From: Anaerolineales bacterium
GTDB taxonomy: Bacteria; Chloroflexota; Anaerolineae; Anaerolineales; UBA11579
Length of the DNA: 64,000 nt
NCBI GenBank assembly: GCA_016932165.1
Contig: JAFGDK010000029.1
Location: 9,249-73,248, forward strand
Direction: 5' to 3'
This document shows, one piece after another, positions 29,802-39,598 of this stretch. Made by a program: the position numbers and the translations under genes. The first letter of the stretch is position 1; each line of letters begins with the position of its first letter. The notes beneath the pieces were generated by a model. That model had not been told where the DNA came from. It did no database searches and was given only the letters and a program-made list of their open reading frames with translations.

Positions 29802-31871
29802 ATGGAAGACCTAAAAGGCCGGCAACTAGGCGATTACCAGATCATTGAGCAAATTGGCAAAGGCGGTATGGCCAGCGTGTTCAGAGCTTACCAGCCCTCG
29901 TTGGAGCGCGATGTAGCCATCAAGGTGCTGCCGCCCTATTACGCCCAGCAGGACGAAGCCTTCACCCAGCGTTTCAAGCGCGAGGCCAAGGCAATTGCCA
30001 ACCTGCGCCACCCCAATATTCTGATGGTGCTGGAAGCGGGCGAACAGGACGATCTGGCCTACCTGGTGATGGAATACGTCAATGCCGGCACGCTGAAAGA
30101 CCGGCTGAAACGACCGATCTCACTGAGAGAAATCTACAGCCTGGTGAAGCAGATTGCCAGCGCGCTGGAACATGCCCACGAAAAAGGGATCGTCCACCGG
30201 GATATCAAACCCTCCAACATCATGCTGCCCAAACCAGATTGGGCATTGCTGACCGACTTTGGGCTGGCCCATATTGTCGGCGGCAGTTTCCTGACCCAAT
30301 CGGGGATGACAGTCGGCACCCCGGCTTACATGTCGCCGGAACAGGGACGCGGCGACAGAGTAGACCACCGCACGGACATTTATTCCCTGGGAATCATGCT
30401 TTACGAAATGACGGTCGGAGAAGTGCCTTACACCGCCGAGACACCGATGGCGGTGGTAGTCAAGCATATTGTCGATCCCCTGCCGATCCCGCGCGACAAG
30501 AATCCTGACATCCCGGAAGAACTACAACGCATCATCCTAAAGGCATTGGCCAAAAACCCTGATGACCGTTTCCAAACTGCCGGCGAGTTTGCTGCTGCGC
30601 TGGAGCGGGTGGCAGTCTTGCACCCGGATTGGTCTGCCGCCGAAATGAAAGCTGTCAACGCCGTTCGGGCGCCGCAAATCGACCAACCCGAGACCCGCCA
30701 GTTGGATCAACCGGAAGTTGATGCCGGAATTGCGGACGATCCCACTGTCCCACCAGCGGCAGCCCCTGTACCGGTTGAGAAGACTTCCTCAGGGGAACTC
30801 GCAGCAACTATCTCAGAACTAACTGTCGCAGACCCGGCTGATTCACAGTCAGGCAAAGTTATAAAGAAGAAGAAAAGCCGCTGGCCGGTGATCCTTGGAG
30901 GCATCCTTGCCATGCTGGTCTGCGGGGTGATCGGATTGGGTGTGCTGAGCAGCATAATCAAAAACCGCCAGTCACAAGCAGACAATAATTCCGCCGAGAT
31001 CAACCTCTTAGACAGTGAAAACATACCCGCAGAGATGCCCCCTGAAGAAGATTTGGAAAATCCTAACGCGGAAGAAGAAATTGCCACAGGCTTTGACCAG
31101 ATTGGCAAGCTGCTGGATGAAGGCGATATCCCCATGGCCCAGGAGGTATATGCCCGGCTTGAAGAACGCTTCCCGCAACTCTGGGAACTATTTATGGATC
31201 GCCGCTTCTACCCCCTCTATGGGAGCGGCGACACCGAAGGGGCCCTGACCCTGCTCAACGCCGGACTGGAAGTTAATCCAGATGCCCCGCCGGAAGCCTA
31301 TGAACTATCCGGGTTCTTATATTGGGAGCTGGACCGCCCGATGCAGGCATTGGGCGCATTTGAAAAGACAATCCAGCACCACCCCTGGTATGCACCGGCA
31401 TATTACGATATCACAAACCTTGCTTATCTCTATGAGGGGGATTTACCAGCAAAAGCAATGAATGTGATGGAGAGAATTATTGAAAAGAATCCTACTCCAT
31501 ATGCTCACCACGCGATCGGCAACCTGTATTTCGACCTGGGCGATGATTACCAGGCAATGATGAACTATCACGAAGCAAAAGACCGCTACCGAGAAGCGTT
31601 GGAAAACGATGCATCTCTCACTCGATGGAACACGCTCGGGCTCGCCACTATGCTTTATTATGTGGATGAATCGCAGGATGAGATGGTTGACATGATCAAT
31701 GAAACCGAGCGTCTTGGCATGAAAGAACTAGATACTCGTGTTCTGGAAGAACTTGGTTGGCTGCTGATCGAAATGGGAGACTGCCTTGGAGTGAACAAGC
31801 TGATGGACAACGTTGAAAACCGCTTCCCGGATTATCAACGTCATCAGATGATGAAAGAAATTTGTCCATAA
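29802..31871 (+). CDS. Transmembrane Ser/Thr kinase with an extracytoplasmic TPR domain
   Basis: GKGGMA, AIK, HRDIKPSN, DFG and GTPAYMSPEQ motifs; KKKKSRW followed by a TM helix; TPR-like repeats. Confidence 0.93.
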   Translation: MEDLKGRQLGDYQIIEQIGKGGMASVFRAYQPSLERDVAIKVLPPYYAQQDEAFTQRFKREAKAIANLRHPNILMVLEAGEQDDLAYLVMEYVNAGTLKDRLKRPISLREIYSLVKQIASALEHAHEKGIVHRDIKPSNIMLPKPDWALLTDFGLAHIVGGSFLTQSGMTVGTPAYMSPEQGRGDRVDHRTDIYSLGIMLYEMTVGEVPYTAETPMAVVVKHIVDPLPIPRDKNPDIPEELQRIILKALAKNPDDRFQTAGEFAAALERVAVLHPDWSAAEMKAVNAVRAPQIDQPETRQLDQPEVDAGIADDPTVPPAAAPVPVEKTSSGELAATISELTVADPADSQSGKVIKKKKSRWPVILGGILAMLVCGVIGLGVLSSIIKNRQSQADNNSAEINLLDSENIPAEMPPEEDLENPNAEEEIATGFDQIGKLLDEGDIPMAQEVYARLEERFPQLWELFMDRRFYPLYGSGDTEGALTLLNAGLEVNPDAPPEAYELSGFLYWELDRPMQALGAFEKTIQHHPWYAPAYYDITNLAYLYEGDLPAKAMNVMERIIEKNPTPYAHHAIGNLYFDLGDDYQAMMNYHEAKDRYREALENDASLTRWNTLGLATMLYYVDESQDEMVDMINETERLGMKELDTRVLEELGWLLIEMGDCLGVNKLMDNVENRFPDYQRHQMMKEICP

Positions 31872-31897
31872 GAGAACTGTAAATTTTAAAAAACCAG

Positions 31898-31927
31898 GCT
31901 CATGGGTTGAATCTCATGAGCTTTTTT
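31898..31927 (+). terminator. Intrinsic terminator after the TPR kinase
   Basis: GCTCATGGG...CTCATGAGC followed by TTTTTT. Confidence 0.7.
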
Positions 31928-32024
31928 GTGGAACGTAATTCGCTTAATTTCACTCATCAGGGTTGGAAAACCTGTCCGCCTAGAATATCTTCGTTCCGGA
32001 AAGGGGTAATTTCCCTCAGTGCTG

Positions 32025-32951
32025 TTATAGCCTGGCACCGGGATAAAACTGCAGGATAGCAGGGGCAACATCCGCCAGGGTTTGGAGATTTTGAACAAAC
32101 TGCTGGCGCAGTTCCGGCGCCCCAATCACCAGCGCCGGGACCAGATTGGCAGTGTGCCGCCGGGTATCGAGGGCTTCGAGATTACCGTGATCAGAGGTGA
32201 TCAGCACCAACCCAGACTGATCTTCCCATGCAGATAACAAACCACCCAGCATCCTGTCAAAATGCGCCAGCAAGGCCCGCGCATCATCCCAGTTCTGGCG
32301 GTGACCGGCGTAGTCGCTAGGCCAAAATTCAAAGAAGGCCAGGTCAAGGCCATTGGTCAGCTCAACCATTTTGGCCCCCGCTTCTCCGGGAGAATAGACC
32401 GGCACAGTCGCCAACCCCAACCGGTCTCGCCAGCCCTCGCCAGTAAAATCTGCCGAGAGAGCTTTACCGGCAAACAACTCCACCTGACCATTTAGAAGGA
32501 TCCCGGCATTGGCGACTGCCTGGGGAATAGCTGAATACAGCCGCCTGCCGGAGGAGATGGCTTTAAAATACTGGTCAGGATAAGCGTTCAACAGGCCAGC
32601 CCGGTATCCAGCCTCGGTCAAAGCGCTGAACAGCGTCCCCTCTGCCAGCACATCCCGCACCGCCCGGTTCGGCTTGGGGCCGTAGTGTTTTCCCACCAAA
32701 TCAGATACATTCTTGCCGGTCAGCAGGCTGGCCTGCCCAGTTGCTGACTGGGGGAGACCAAGTACCTCCATCACCGCGTCCAAAGCCCTCAGGCTGGCAC
32801 GCCTGGTTTCCAGCGGTGGAATACCTGCCGCCAGGTGATTCCCATCCAGCAAAGCTTTCAGATTGGGCATCTCCTCAGCAACCAGCGGGTTGAGCAACGG
32901 GTCATCCACACCCAACCCGACACCGTCCATAAACAGGAAAAGAAATTTCAC
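32025..32951 (-). CDS. Alkaline-phosphatase-superfamily metalloenzyme (phosphoglycerate mutase/phosphopentomutase-like)
   Basis: FMDGVG, PQSATGQ, DYAGH and TSDHGN motifs; GTG start overlaps the upstream stop. Confidence 0.8.
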   Translation of the reverse strand: MKFLFLFMDGVGLGVDDPLLNPLVAEEMPNLKALLDGNHLAAGIPPLETRRASLRALDAVMEVLGLPQSATGQASLLTGKNVSDLVGKHYGPKPNRAVRDVLAEGTLFSALTEAGYRAGLLNAYPDQYFKAISSGRRLYSAIPQAVANAGILLNGQVELFAGKALSADFTGEGWRDRLGLATVPVYSPGEAGAKMVELTNGLDLAFFEFWPSDYAGHRQNWDDARALLAHFDRMLGGLLSAWEDQSGLVLITSDHGNLEALDTRRHTANLVPALVIGAPELRQQFVQNLQTLADVAPAILQFYPGARL

Positions 32952-33532
32952 CCTGTCTCCGACTGTGGCCCAAACCAAAACCAGGCGGAGGGCTGCTGGT
33001 TGCGGTCAGTGGAATCGACCCTGCGTTTCAGATTCAGAACACGCTGGAAAGCGCTCACTTCTTTTTCAGTCATCCAGTTATCAGCCTCACCCAAATGACT
33101 ATAGAGCAGATATGTCCCCTGCGGGCCAAGATGCTCAGATACCAACTGGCGGTAATCTGGCCGTTTTTCGTGTGGAACTGTATGATAGCAGCCAATATCC
33201 AATATCAGATCATATGTATGATTAAAATTGCGGGCATCTGAGACATCTCCTACCAGGAAGCTGACCTCAACCCCGGCACGATGGGCTTTTTTACGCGCCT
33301 GGCGGATGGCTGAGGGGACAAAATCTACTCCGGTGACTTCCCATCCCTCTTTCGCCAGGTTGATAGCGTTGGTGCCAGTTCCACAGCCCAGGTCAAGCGC
33401 CCGGCCAGGCGGATGGCTGGCAATGAATTCTTGCAGTTCAGGCGGGGTGATGCCAGTATCCCAGGGAGGCCGGCGCAGATAAAACAGACGGAAAAATAAA
33501 CGCATGTTGAGGTTTTTTAACCAGGTTCGCAT
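32948..33532 (-). CDS. Class I SAM-dependent methyltransferase (TPMT-like)
   Basis: PPWDTG, ALDLGCGTG, GVDF and DIGCYH motifs. Confidence 0.88.
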   Translation of the reverse strand: MRTWLKNLNMRLFFRLFYLRRPPWDTGITPPELQEFIASHPPGRALDLGCGTGTNAINLAKEGWEVTGVDFVPSAIRQARKKAHRAGVEVSFLVGDVSDARNFNHTYDLILDIGCYHTVPHEKRPDYRQLVSEHLGPQGTYLLYSHLGEADNWMTEKEVSAFQRVLNLKRRVDSTDRNQQPSAWFWFGPQSETG

Positions 33533-33580
33533 GTCATCGATTGTACCAAAAAGGGGGGCTTTCAAAGAAATTGGTTCGGT

Positions 33581-34492
33581 CTAATCCAGGGATAGAGAGA
33601 GAAACACGTCCTCCAAACCCGGCGACGTTGGACTGACGGCGATCCCATCTAATCCCGCAGACCTCAACACCTGTACCAGGACAGACTTACGCACAACCTT
33701 GGCAGCAATGACCCTTAAATGGTCGCCAGAAAGACCCACGCGATGGACACCAGGCACTTGCTCCAGGACACTGATTGCCCGCAAAGCCGGCTTGGCGCTC
33801 ACATCCCAGGCCTGCCCGTCAAGCACATCCCGCTTGAGACGCTCAGGGGTATCCATCGCCAGAAGCTGGCCGCGGCGCATGATCCCCACCCGCTGGCAGT
33901 ACTCAGCCTCGTCCATAAAGTGGGTGGTGACCAGGGCGGTGATCCCTTCATCCACGAGCTCATAAATCAGGTCCCAGAACACCCGCCGGGCTAACGGGTC
34001 AACCCCGCTGGTGGGTTCATCCAGGAAGAGCAGTTGGGGCTGGTGTACGATAGCCGCGGCCAATGCAAGCCGCTGCCGCCATCCGACTGGCAGGTCTTTG
34101 GCCATCTCACGCGCCTGTTTACGCATCCCTACCCGGTCCAGGGTAGCCTTCAGGTGAGCTTCGTCAGTCACCGCATATACTCCGGCGTAGAATTGCAGAT
34201 TCTCCCACACGGTGAGGTCATCATACAGGGCAAAGCGTTGAGACATATAGCCAGACTTGCGCCGGATCGGTTCAGGGTCAGTGCGGATATTATAGCCCAG
34301 TACCTCAGCCTCCCCTGATGTAGGCAAGAGCAGCCCCAACAACATGCGGATGGTGGTGGTTTTACCAGAACCATTCGGCCCCAGGTAACCCACGATCTCA
34401 CCAGACTTGATTGCAAAAGACACCGCATCAACGGCGGTAAACTCACCAAACCGCTTGGTCAACTGGTCCGTGCGGACAACGGTTTCAATCAT
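33581..34492 (-). CDS. ABC exporter ATP-binding protein
   Basis: GPNGSGKTT, degenerate signature LPVGWRQ, and LDEPT; start at ATG 34492. Confidence 0.93.
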   Translation of the reverse strand: MIETVVRTDQLTKRFGEFTAVDAVSFAIKSGEIVGYLGPNGSGKTTTIRMLLGLLLPTSGEAEVLGYNIRTDPEPIRRKSGYMSQRFALYDDLTVWENLQFYAGVYAVTDEAHLKATLDRVGMRKQAREMAKDLPVGWRQRLALAAAIVHQPQLLFLDEPTSGVDPLARRVFWDLIYELVDEGITALVTTHFMDEAEYCQRVGIMRRGQLLAMDTPERLKRDVLDGQAWDVSAKPALRAISVLEQVPGVHRVGLSGDHLRVIAAKVVRKSVLVQVLRSAGLDGIAVSPTSPGLEDVFLSLSLD

Positions 34493-35462
34493 GCTGCACT
34501 CCATTGATCTGATAAAGCCCCTCAGTTGAGACGTGATCCACAATTGCAGCGTTGAAGACATCCTCCAGCAGGGGATCAGTAGGAGCGAGTGTTTCCAGAG
34601 ATAAACCTCTCTCTCTGGCTAACTGCTTCAAAGCCCGTGTGACCGCCCTGGCGCGGCCCGGCGCCACCCGTAAATGCAAATATGTGCCAGATACCTGGAT
34701 ATCGAGGACATCGGGGAGGTTAGCTGCCGCCCGCCGCCAGGCCAACAGCGGTGCGCCGCGCAGCTGCAAGATCTGTCCCTCCAGGGCATTACGCAGTTCG
34801 GACGGCGGGCCTTCCAGCACCAGGCTGCCGGCAGCCATCATCCCCACATACGTGCAGCGTACGGCTTCATCCATGTATGGCGTGCTGACCAATACCCCCA
34901 CATGCTCCTCGCGCACCAAACGGATAAGCAGCTGCCAAAAATCCTGCCGGGTGACCGGATCTACACCGCCAGTGGGCTCATCCAGCAGCAGCAAGCGCGG
35001 GCGGTGGACCAGGGAGGCAGCCAGGCCCAGCTTTTGCTTCATTCCCCCCGAAAGTCTCCCTGCCAGCCGGCCGGTAAACTCGCCCAGGCCGACAAAATCC
35101 AGAATTTCCAGCGTGCGCGGCCGCCAAACATCTGCAGCCAGGCCGCGCACCTCAGCGAAGAAACGCAGGTTTTCGAGTACCGTCAGGTCTTCATACATCG
35201 AAAACCGCTGTGAGAGGTAACCAATTTCACTTCTGGCCTGGTCTGGTGATTTATTCATACTGATCCCATTGACCAGCACCTCTCCGGTATCTGGCAGCAA
35301 GGCTCCACAGATGATCCGCATCAAAGTGGTCTTGCCTGCTCCGTCAGGCCCCATCAAGCCAAATATCTCGCCGCCGCGCACCTGCATCGTTAAATCCTTG
35401 ACGGCTTGCAGATCGCCAAAGCTGCGGGAAACAGAATTCACCTGAAGCAATTTCTCTGTCAT
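34485..35462 (-). CDS. ABC exporter ATP-binding protein
   Basis: GPDGAGKTT, LSGGMKQ and LDEPT motifs. Confidence 0.93.
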   Translation of the reverse strand: MTEKLLQVNSVSRSFGDLQAVKDLTMQVRGGEIFGLMGPDGAGKTTLMRIICGALLPDTGEVLVNGISMNKSPDQARSEIGYLSQRFSMYEDLTVLENLRFFAEVRGLAADVWRPRTLEILDFVGLGEFTGRLAGRLSGGMKQKLGLAASLVHRPRLLLLDEPTGGVDPVTRQDFWQLLIRLVREEHVGVLVSTPYMDEAVRCTYVGMMAAGSLVLEGPPSELRNALEGQILQLRGAPLLAWRRAAANLPDVLDIQVSGTYLHLRVAPGRARAVTRALKQLARERGLSLETLAPTDPLLEDVFNAAIVDHVSTEGLYQINGVQHD

Positions 35463-35471
35463 GGCAGCACC

Positions 35472-36602
35472 CTAATCCAGACGCTTGCGGAAACGTACCG
35501 AGGCAATGATCAGCAATCCGAGTCCGAACAAGGCGAGCAAGGTCACATCTGTTTGGATGGCGGGGAGTCCCACCCCTTTTAGCAGCAGCGCCCGGATGAT
35601 GCTCATGTAATAACGCAGCGGAATGCCGTATGAAATCCACTGCAGCACTTTGGGCATCGCCTGGATTGGGAAGAAAAAACCAGAAAGAAAAACCGAGGGC
35701 AGGAAGATCATATACACGATCATCATCGCTTCCTGCTGGGTGCTGGCGATGGTGGAGGCCAGCAGCCCAATACCCAGACTGGTCATCAGGAAGACACCGG
35801 AAAGGCCAAACACCAGAAGCAAGCTGCCCCGGATCGGCACGCCGAACCAGAGAGAACCGATCAGCAGCACCTCGCCGGTGTTGATGAACGCCAGGATCAC
35901 ATAGGGGACCATTTTGCCCAGCACCATCTCCCAAGGGCGGATGGGGGTGACGATCAACTGCTCTATCGTACCCCGTTCGCGCTCCCTGACAATCGAATTG
36001 GCCGTCACCATGGAGGTCAGGGTAAACAGCACCATCCCCACAATGCCGGGCACCATGAAGTAGGCGTCCTCGAGAGTGGGGTTGTACCACACCTGGGTGC
36101 GCACCTCCACCGGCTGGAAGTTGATCCCTCCCATCCCGTTGCGGACCAGTCTCTCTTCTTGAATAGAGGCGCCATATGCCTGCCCAATCAGTTGGGCTGA
36201 GGAAAGGGCTGTTTTGGCAATGGAAGGATCAGAGCCATCAATTACAAAGCCAATCTGGGCGGTCTGCCCGGCGTTCAGATCGTGGCTGTAATCCGGGGGG
36301 ATCAACAGTCCCACTCTGGCATCACCGTATTCAATCAGGGTTTGCAGTTCTTCTTCCGAGGAAACATACTCAATTACCTGAAAATATTCGGCGTTGCTGT
36401 ATGCCTGTACCAGTGAACGGGACTCCTCCGACTTATCCAGGTCATAGACCGCCATGGCCACATTGCGGATGTCGTTGGTGGCAGCATACCCCAGCAAGAA
36501 GAGCTGCATCACCGGGATGATAATAATCAACCCCAACGTACGCGGGTCCCGCCGGATTTGGATGAATTCCTTGCGGATGATAGATCGCAACCGCTGGATC
36601 AT
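35472..36602 (-). CDS. ABC-2 type permease (YbhR/YbhS-like)
   Basis: KEFIQIRRD, RERERGTIEQL and LSGFFFPI motifs. Confidence 0.92.
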   Translation of the reverse strand: MIQRLRSIIRKEFIQIRRDPRTLGLIIIIPVMQLFLLGYAATNDIRNVAMAVYDLDKSEESRSLVQAYSNAEYFQVIEYVSSEEELQTLIEYGDARVGLLIPPDYSHDLNAGQTAQIGFVIDGSDPSIAKTALSSAQLIGQAYGASIQEERLVRNGMGGINFQPVEVRTQVWYNPTLEDAYFMVPGIVGMVLFTLTSMVTANSIVRERERGTIEQLIVTPIRPWEMVLGKMVPYVILAFINTGEVLLIGSLWFGVPIRGSLLLVFGLSGVFLMTSLGIGLLASTIASTQQEAMMIVYMIFLPSVFLSGFFFPIQAMPKVLQWISYGIPLRYYMSIIRALLLKGVGLPAIQTDVTLLALFGLGLLIIASVRFRKRLD

Positions 36603-37249
36603 CGCCGGTCTCCTTCCCCGATTTGAGGCTGGATGCCGTGCAGATAAATCTCCATTATCTGGCGGAGTAAGCTTTTAGGCTCTCCAAGATCTACCTGTGT
36701 GCCGAACAACCGCTGGAAGAGGAAGAAAGAGAAGATCATCCCGATAAAGGTTGCCACCATCACGGGGAGAGGGATATCCTCACGCAGATCACCGGGCTTC
36801 TCGGTCAAGCGTTTGCTGAAGCTGACCGCACGCGGGAAAATTTGAGCAAAGATATCTGGAAAGTGCTTCCCATTGAACTCCAGGGTTTCAATCAATATCA
36901 GGTTGAGGAAATCCTCCCGCTGGCTGAGGGTCTCGTACATCCGCTCCGCTGATTGGTGGATGGCTTCTTCCAAAGTGTCTCCCGATTCCGCTTCCAGAGC
37001 AGGCAGCAAGGTGTGGATGGGATGCGACTCGAGAGTAACAGCAGTAAAGATTGCTTCCTTGTTGTCAAAGTGGTTGTAGATTCCGCCAAGGGCGATCCCA
37101 GCCAGGTCAGCAACCTGGCGCATCGAGGTGCCGTGGTAGCCCTGATCGGAAAAAAGCTCAAGGGCTGCCCCGATAATCTGTTTACGGGTACGCTCTCCTT
37201 TGCTGAGACTGGGCTCATTCGGGGTAGCAGCTGTCTGGTCTATGGTCAT
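36599..37249 (-). CDS. TetR/AcrR family regulator
   Basis: ALELFSDQGYHGTSMRQVADLAG...IYNHFDNKE HTH. Confidence 0.95.
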   Translation of the reverse strand: MTIDQTAATPNEPSLSKGERTRKQIIGAALELFSDQGYHGTSMRQVADLAGIALGGIYNHFDNKEAIFTAVTLESHPIHTLLPALEAESGDTLEEAIHQSAERMYETLSQREDFLNLILIETLEFNGKHFPDIFAQIFPRAVSFSKRLTEKPGDLREDIPLPVMVATFIGMIFSFFLFQRLFGTQVDLGEPKSLLRQIMEIYLHGIQPQIGEGDRR

Positions 37250-37269
37250 TGATCCTCCATTTATCTAAA

Positions 37270-37283
37270 AACGAACGTTCGTT
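37270..37283. promoter_or_regulatory. Candidate TetR operator
   Basis: Perfect palindrome AACGAACGTTCGTT between the -10 box and the tetR SD. Confidence 0.65.
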
Positions 37284-37290
37284 CATATAC

Positions 37291-37325
37291 ATTCTAATCA
37301 AAAAAAGCGCCTCGTCAAGAGGCGC
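37291..37325 (-). promoter_or_regulatory. tetR promoter overlapping the htrA terminator
   Basis: Minus strand TTGACG-N16-TAGAAT; the -35 lies in the loop and stem of GCGCCTC-ttgac-GAGGCGC-T7. Confidence 0.55.
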
Positions 37326-37379
37326 AACATCTGTAAATGCCCAATCTGGAATTACATGTTCTCTATACCTAAAGAACCC

Positions 37380-38558
37380 TCAAGGGCGGATATCCAACCC
37401 GGCCTGGATCTCAAGCTCTATCCAGTTGCCCTGCTCAATTCTCTGAATGGTCAAGGTTACTATGTCACCGGGTCTGTAATAAGTGTCAATGATGATCGCA
37501 AGATCATCCCGGGATACTACAGGTCGATCATCTACCGCGACAATGATATCCCCTCCTGAGAATATGATCCGCCCCTGCTGCCGAATGATGGAGGCAATTT
37601 TTAAGTCCGAAGATGAAACTTTACTGTTCTCAATAATATCCACAACAAGCAGCCCTCTGGAAGGCCCGTCCTCAGGCGGCGCCACATCGGCCCCCAGTTC
37701 GACTGTCTGCACCGCCAACCAGGGGTGATCGTAACGACCAGCGGAGATCAGTTCAGGAACCACGCGTCCAATCACGCTTGAGGGAACCGCAAAACCAATC
37801 CCAACCGACCCGCCGGAAGGCGAGTTAATCGCCGTGTTGACGCCAATCACCTGCCCCTGAAGATTGAGCAGCGGGCCGCCAGAGTTGCCCGGATTAATGG
37901 CTGCGTCGGTCTGGATCGCTTCCCCAATCAAAGCGCCTTGTTCTGTTTCCAGGCGCCTGCCCAGCGCACTGATCACGCCGGTCGTCAATGTGCGGTCAAG
38001 CCCGAATGGGTTGCCAATCGCAATCACCGGCTGACCCACTCGCAAAGTTCCAGAATCACCCAATGCCAGAGGAGGGGCAGACAATTGCTCCGAAGGGATT
38101 TGTAATACTGCCAGGTCGTAATAGGTATCGTAACCCACAATTCCAGCCGCCAGGGTACCGCCGTTTGGCAGGATAATATCGATCTCCGTTGAACCCTCAA
38201 TCACATGATAATTGGTCACGATGTGACCGTCATCATCATAGACAAAGCCTGAGCCGGTCCCTTCACGGGCGGTAATCCCATAAAACAGGCTGAACGTTTC
38301 ACTCCTGCTGATTATATGAACGACTGAACCACTCACCCGGTCATAGAGGTCGCTGATATTCGAATCAGCGCCGATCAATTCCGGGTAGGCTGGTGAGAGA
38401 TTTACGGGAGTGTCAGTGGGGATATTGGATACCGCTTCCGTTTGCGCACTTTTCTGCGGCAAAATGTATGCAAAAAAGACTGTTGTCCCCCCCAGCACAA
38501 TCCCGGTCAACAACACCCCGATGACGATGAACCATGATTTATTTATCGGATTTTGCAT
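37380..38558 (-). CDS. htrA: HtrA/DegP-like S1C serine protease with PDZ domain, membrane anchored
   Basis: VTNYHV, DLAVL, QTDAAINPGNSGG and GDIIVAVD motifs. Confidence 0.9.
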   Translation of the reverse strand: MQNPINKSWFIVIGVLLTGIVLGGTTVFFAYILPQKSAQTEAVSNIPTDTPVNLSPAYPELIGADSNISDLYDRVSGSVVHIISRSETFSLFYGITAREGTGSGFVYDDDGHIVTNYHVIEGSTEIDIILPNGGTLAAGIVGYDTYYDLAVLQIPSEQLSAPPLALGDSGTLRVGQPVIAIGNPFGLDRTLTTGVISALGRRLETEQGALIGEAIQTDAAINPGNSGGPLLNLQGQVIGVNTAINSPSGGSVGIGFAVPSSVIGRVVPELISAGRYDHPWLAVQTVELGADVAPPEDGPSRGLLVVDIIENSKVSSSDLKIASIIRQQGRIIFSGGDIIVAVDDRPVVSRDDLAIIIDTYYRPGDIVTLTIQRIEQGNWIELEIQAGLDIRP

Positions 38559-38635
38559 GCATACCTCCTGCAGGATACGTCAAGCACTCCGGATCCCCAG
38601 AGTGCTTGACGTAGATGGCGCTTCCCAAAGAAATT

Positions 38636-39049
38636 CTAGGCTGCCTTTACCGCAATCTTTTTGACTTTAGCCACTTCAACTTTTGGCAAATTAAGCCAAA
38701 GCTCGCCGTTTTTCACCTTGGCATCAATCTTTTCCTGGTTAATTTCATTGGATAAGCGGAAACTGCGCATATAATCGCCTTCTTCATATTCGCTGTACGC
38801 CAATGAATATCCTTCAGGAATACTTGAAGAGCGGAAAGCATTGATTATCAAGACATTTTTTTCCAAGGTTATTTCAACCGATTTGTTGGTCACACCGGGA
38901 ATGTCTGCCACTACAACCACATCTGTTTCGGTTTCGTAAACATCAGCCCTCGGCACGAAGCATTGGCGTTGGCGCGTTCTTTCTGTATCTTCAGCCGCAA
39001 CCGCTTCCTGCTGTTGCACTTGCATTTCTTTTGATTCTTTTTTGGTCAT
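38636..39049 (-). CDS. Hsp20/alpha-crystallin small heat shock protein
   Basis: PRADVYET, ADIPGV and AKVKNGELWLNLPK motifs. Confidence 0.93.
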   Translation of the reverse strand: MTKKESKEMQVQQQEAVAAEDTERTRQRQCFVPRADVYETETDVVVVADIPGVTNKSVEITLEKNVLIINAFRSSSIPEGYSLAYSEYEEGDYMRSFRLSNEINQEKIDAKVKNGELWLNLPKVEVAKVKKIAVKAA

Positions 39050-39065
39050 TGGTTCACCTCCAAAT

Positions 39066-39503
39066 TTAAGCGCTCTTTACAGCAATTTTCTTCGGTTTAT
39101 CAGCTTCAGCTCTTGGTAGAGTTATTTGCAGCACGCCATCGGTGAATTTTGCTTCAACTTTATTTGCATCCACCATAAATGGGAGCTGGATGGTCCGGCT
39201 GAACTTGCCGTGATTGCGCTCTCTGCGGTGGTAGATCATTCCCTCCTGCTCAGGATCAGGGTTACGTTCTCCGGAGAGGGTTATCGAGTCTGCCACCACA
39301 TCAATTTCTATCTTGTCAGGGTCGATGCCCGGCATCTCTGCGGTAATTACCTGGCCTTCTTCCTTGGTCCAAATGTTGATTGGCGGATAGCTGGGTGCTG
39401 CCCGGTGGGCTGAAGGCGAATAACCGCTGAAGAGGCGGTCCATTTCACGCTGGATGCGGTCCATTTCACGCCAGACTGATAAGGGTCTATATAATCGATT
39501 CAT
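39066..39503 (-). CDS. Hsp20/alpha-crystallin small heat shock protein
   Basis: YPPINI, AEMPG, GKFSRTIQLP and DGVLQITLP motifs. Confidence 0.95.
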   Translation of the reverse strand: MNRLYRPLSVWREMDRIQREMDRLFSGYSPSAHRAAPSYPPINIWTKEEGQVITAEMPGIDPDKIEIDVVADSITLSGERNPDPEQEGMIYHRRERNHGKFSRTIQLPFMVDANKVEAKFTDGVLQITLPRAEADKPKKIAVKSA

Positions 39504-39598
39504 ACTTCAAGTCTCCTTTCACATGATGAATAAAATAAAAAAAGCCCTCAGGTGGTTGGAGGGCTTATTCCTTTCCGAATGAAGTCCAGGGCAACCTG

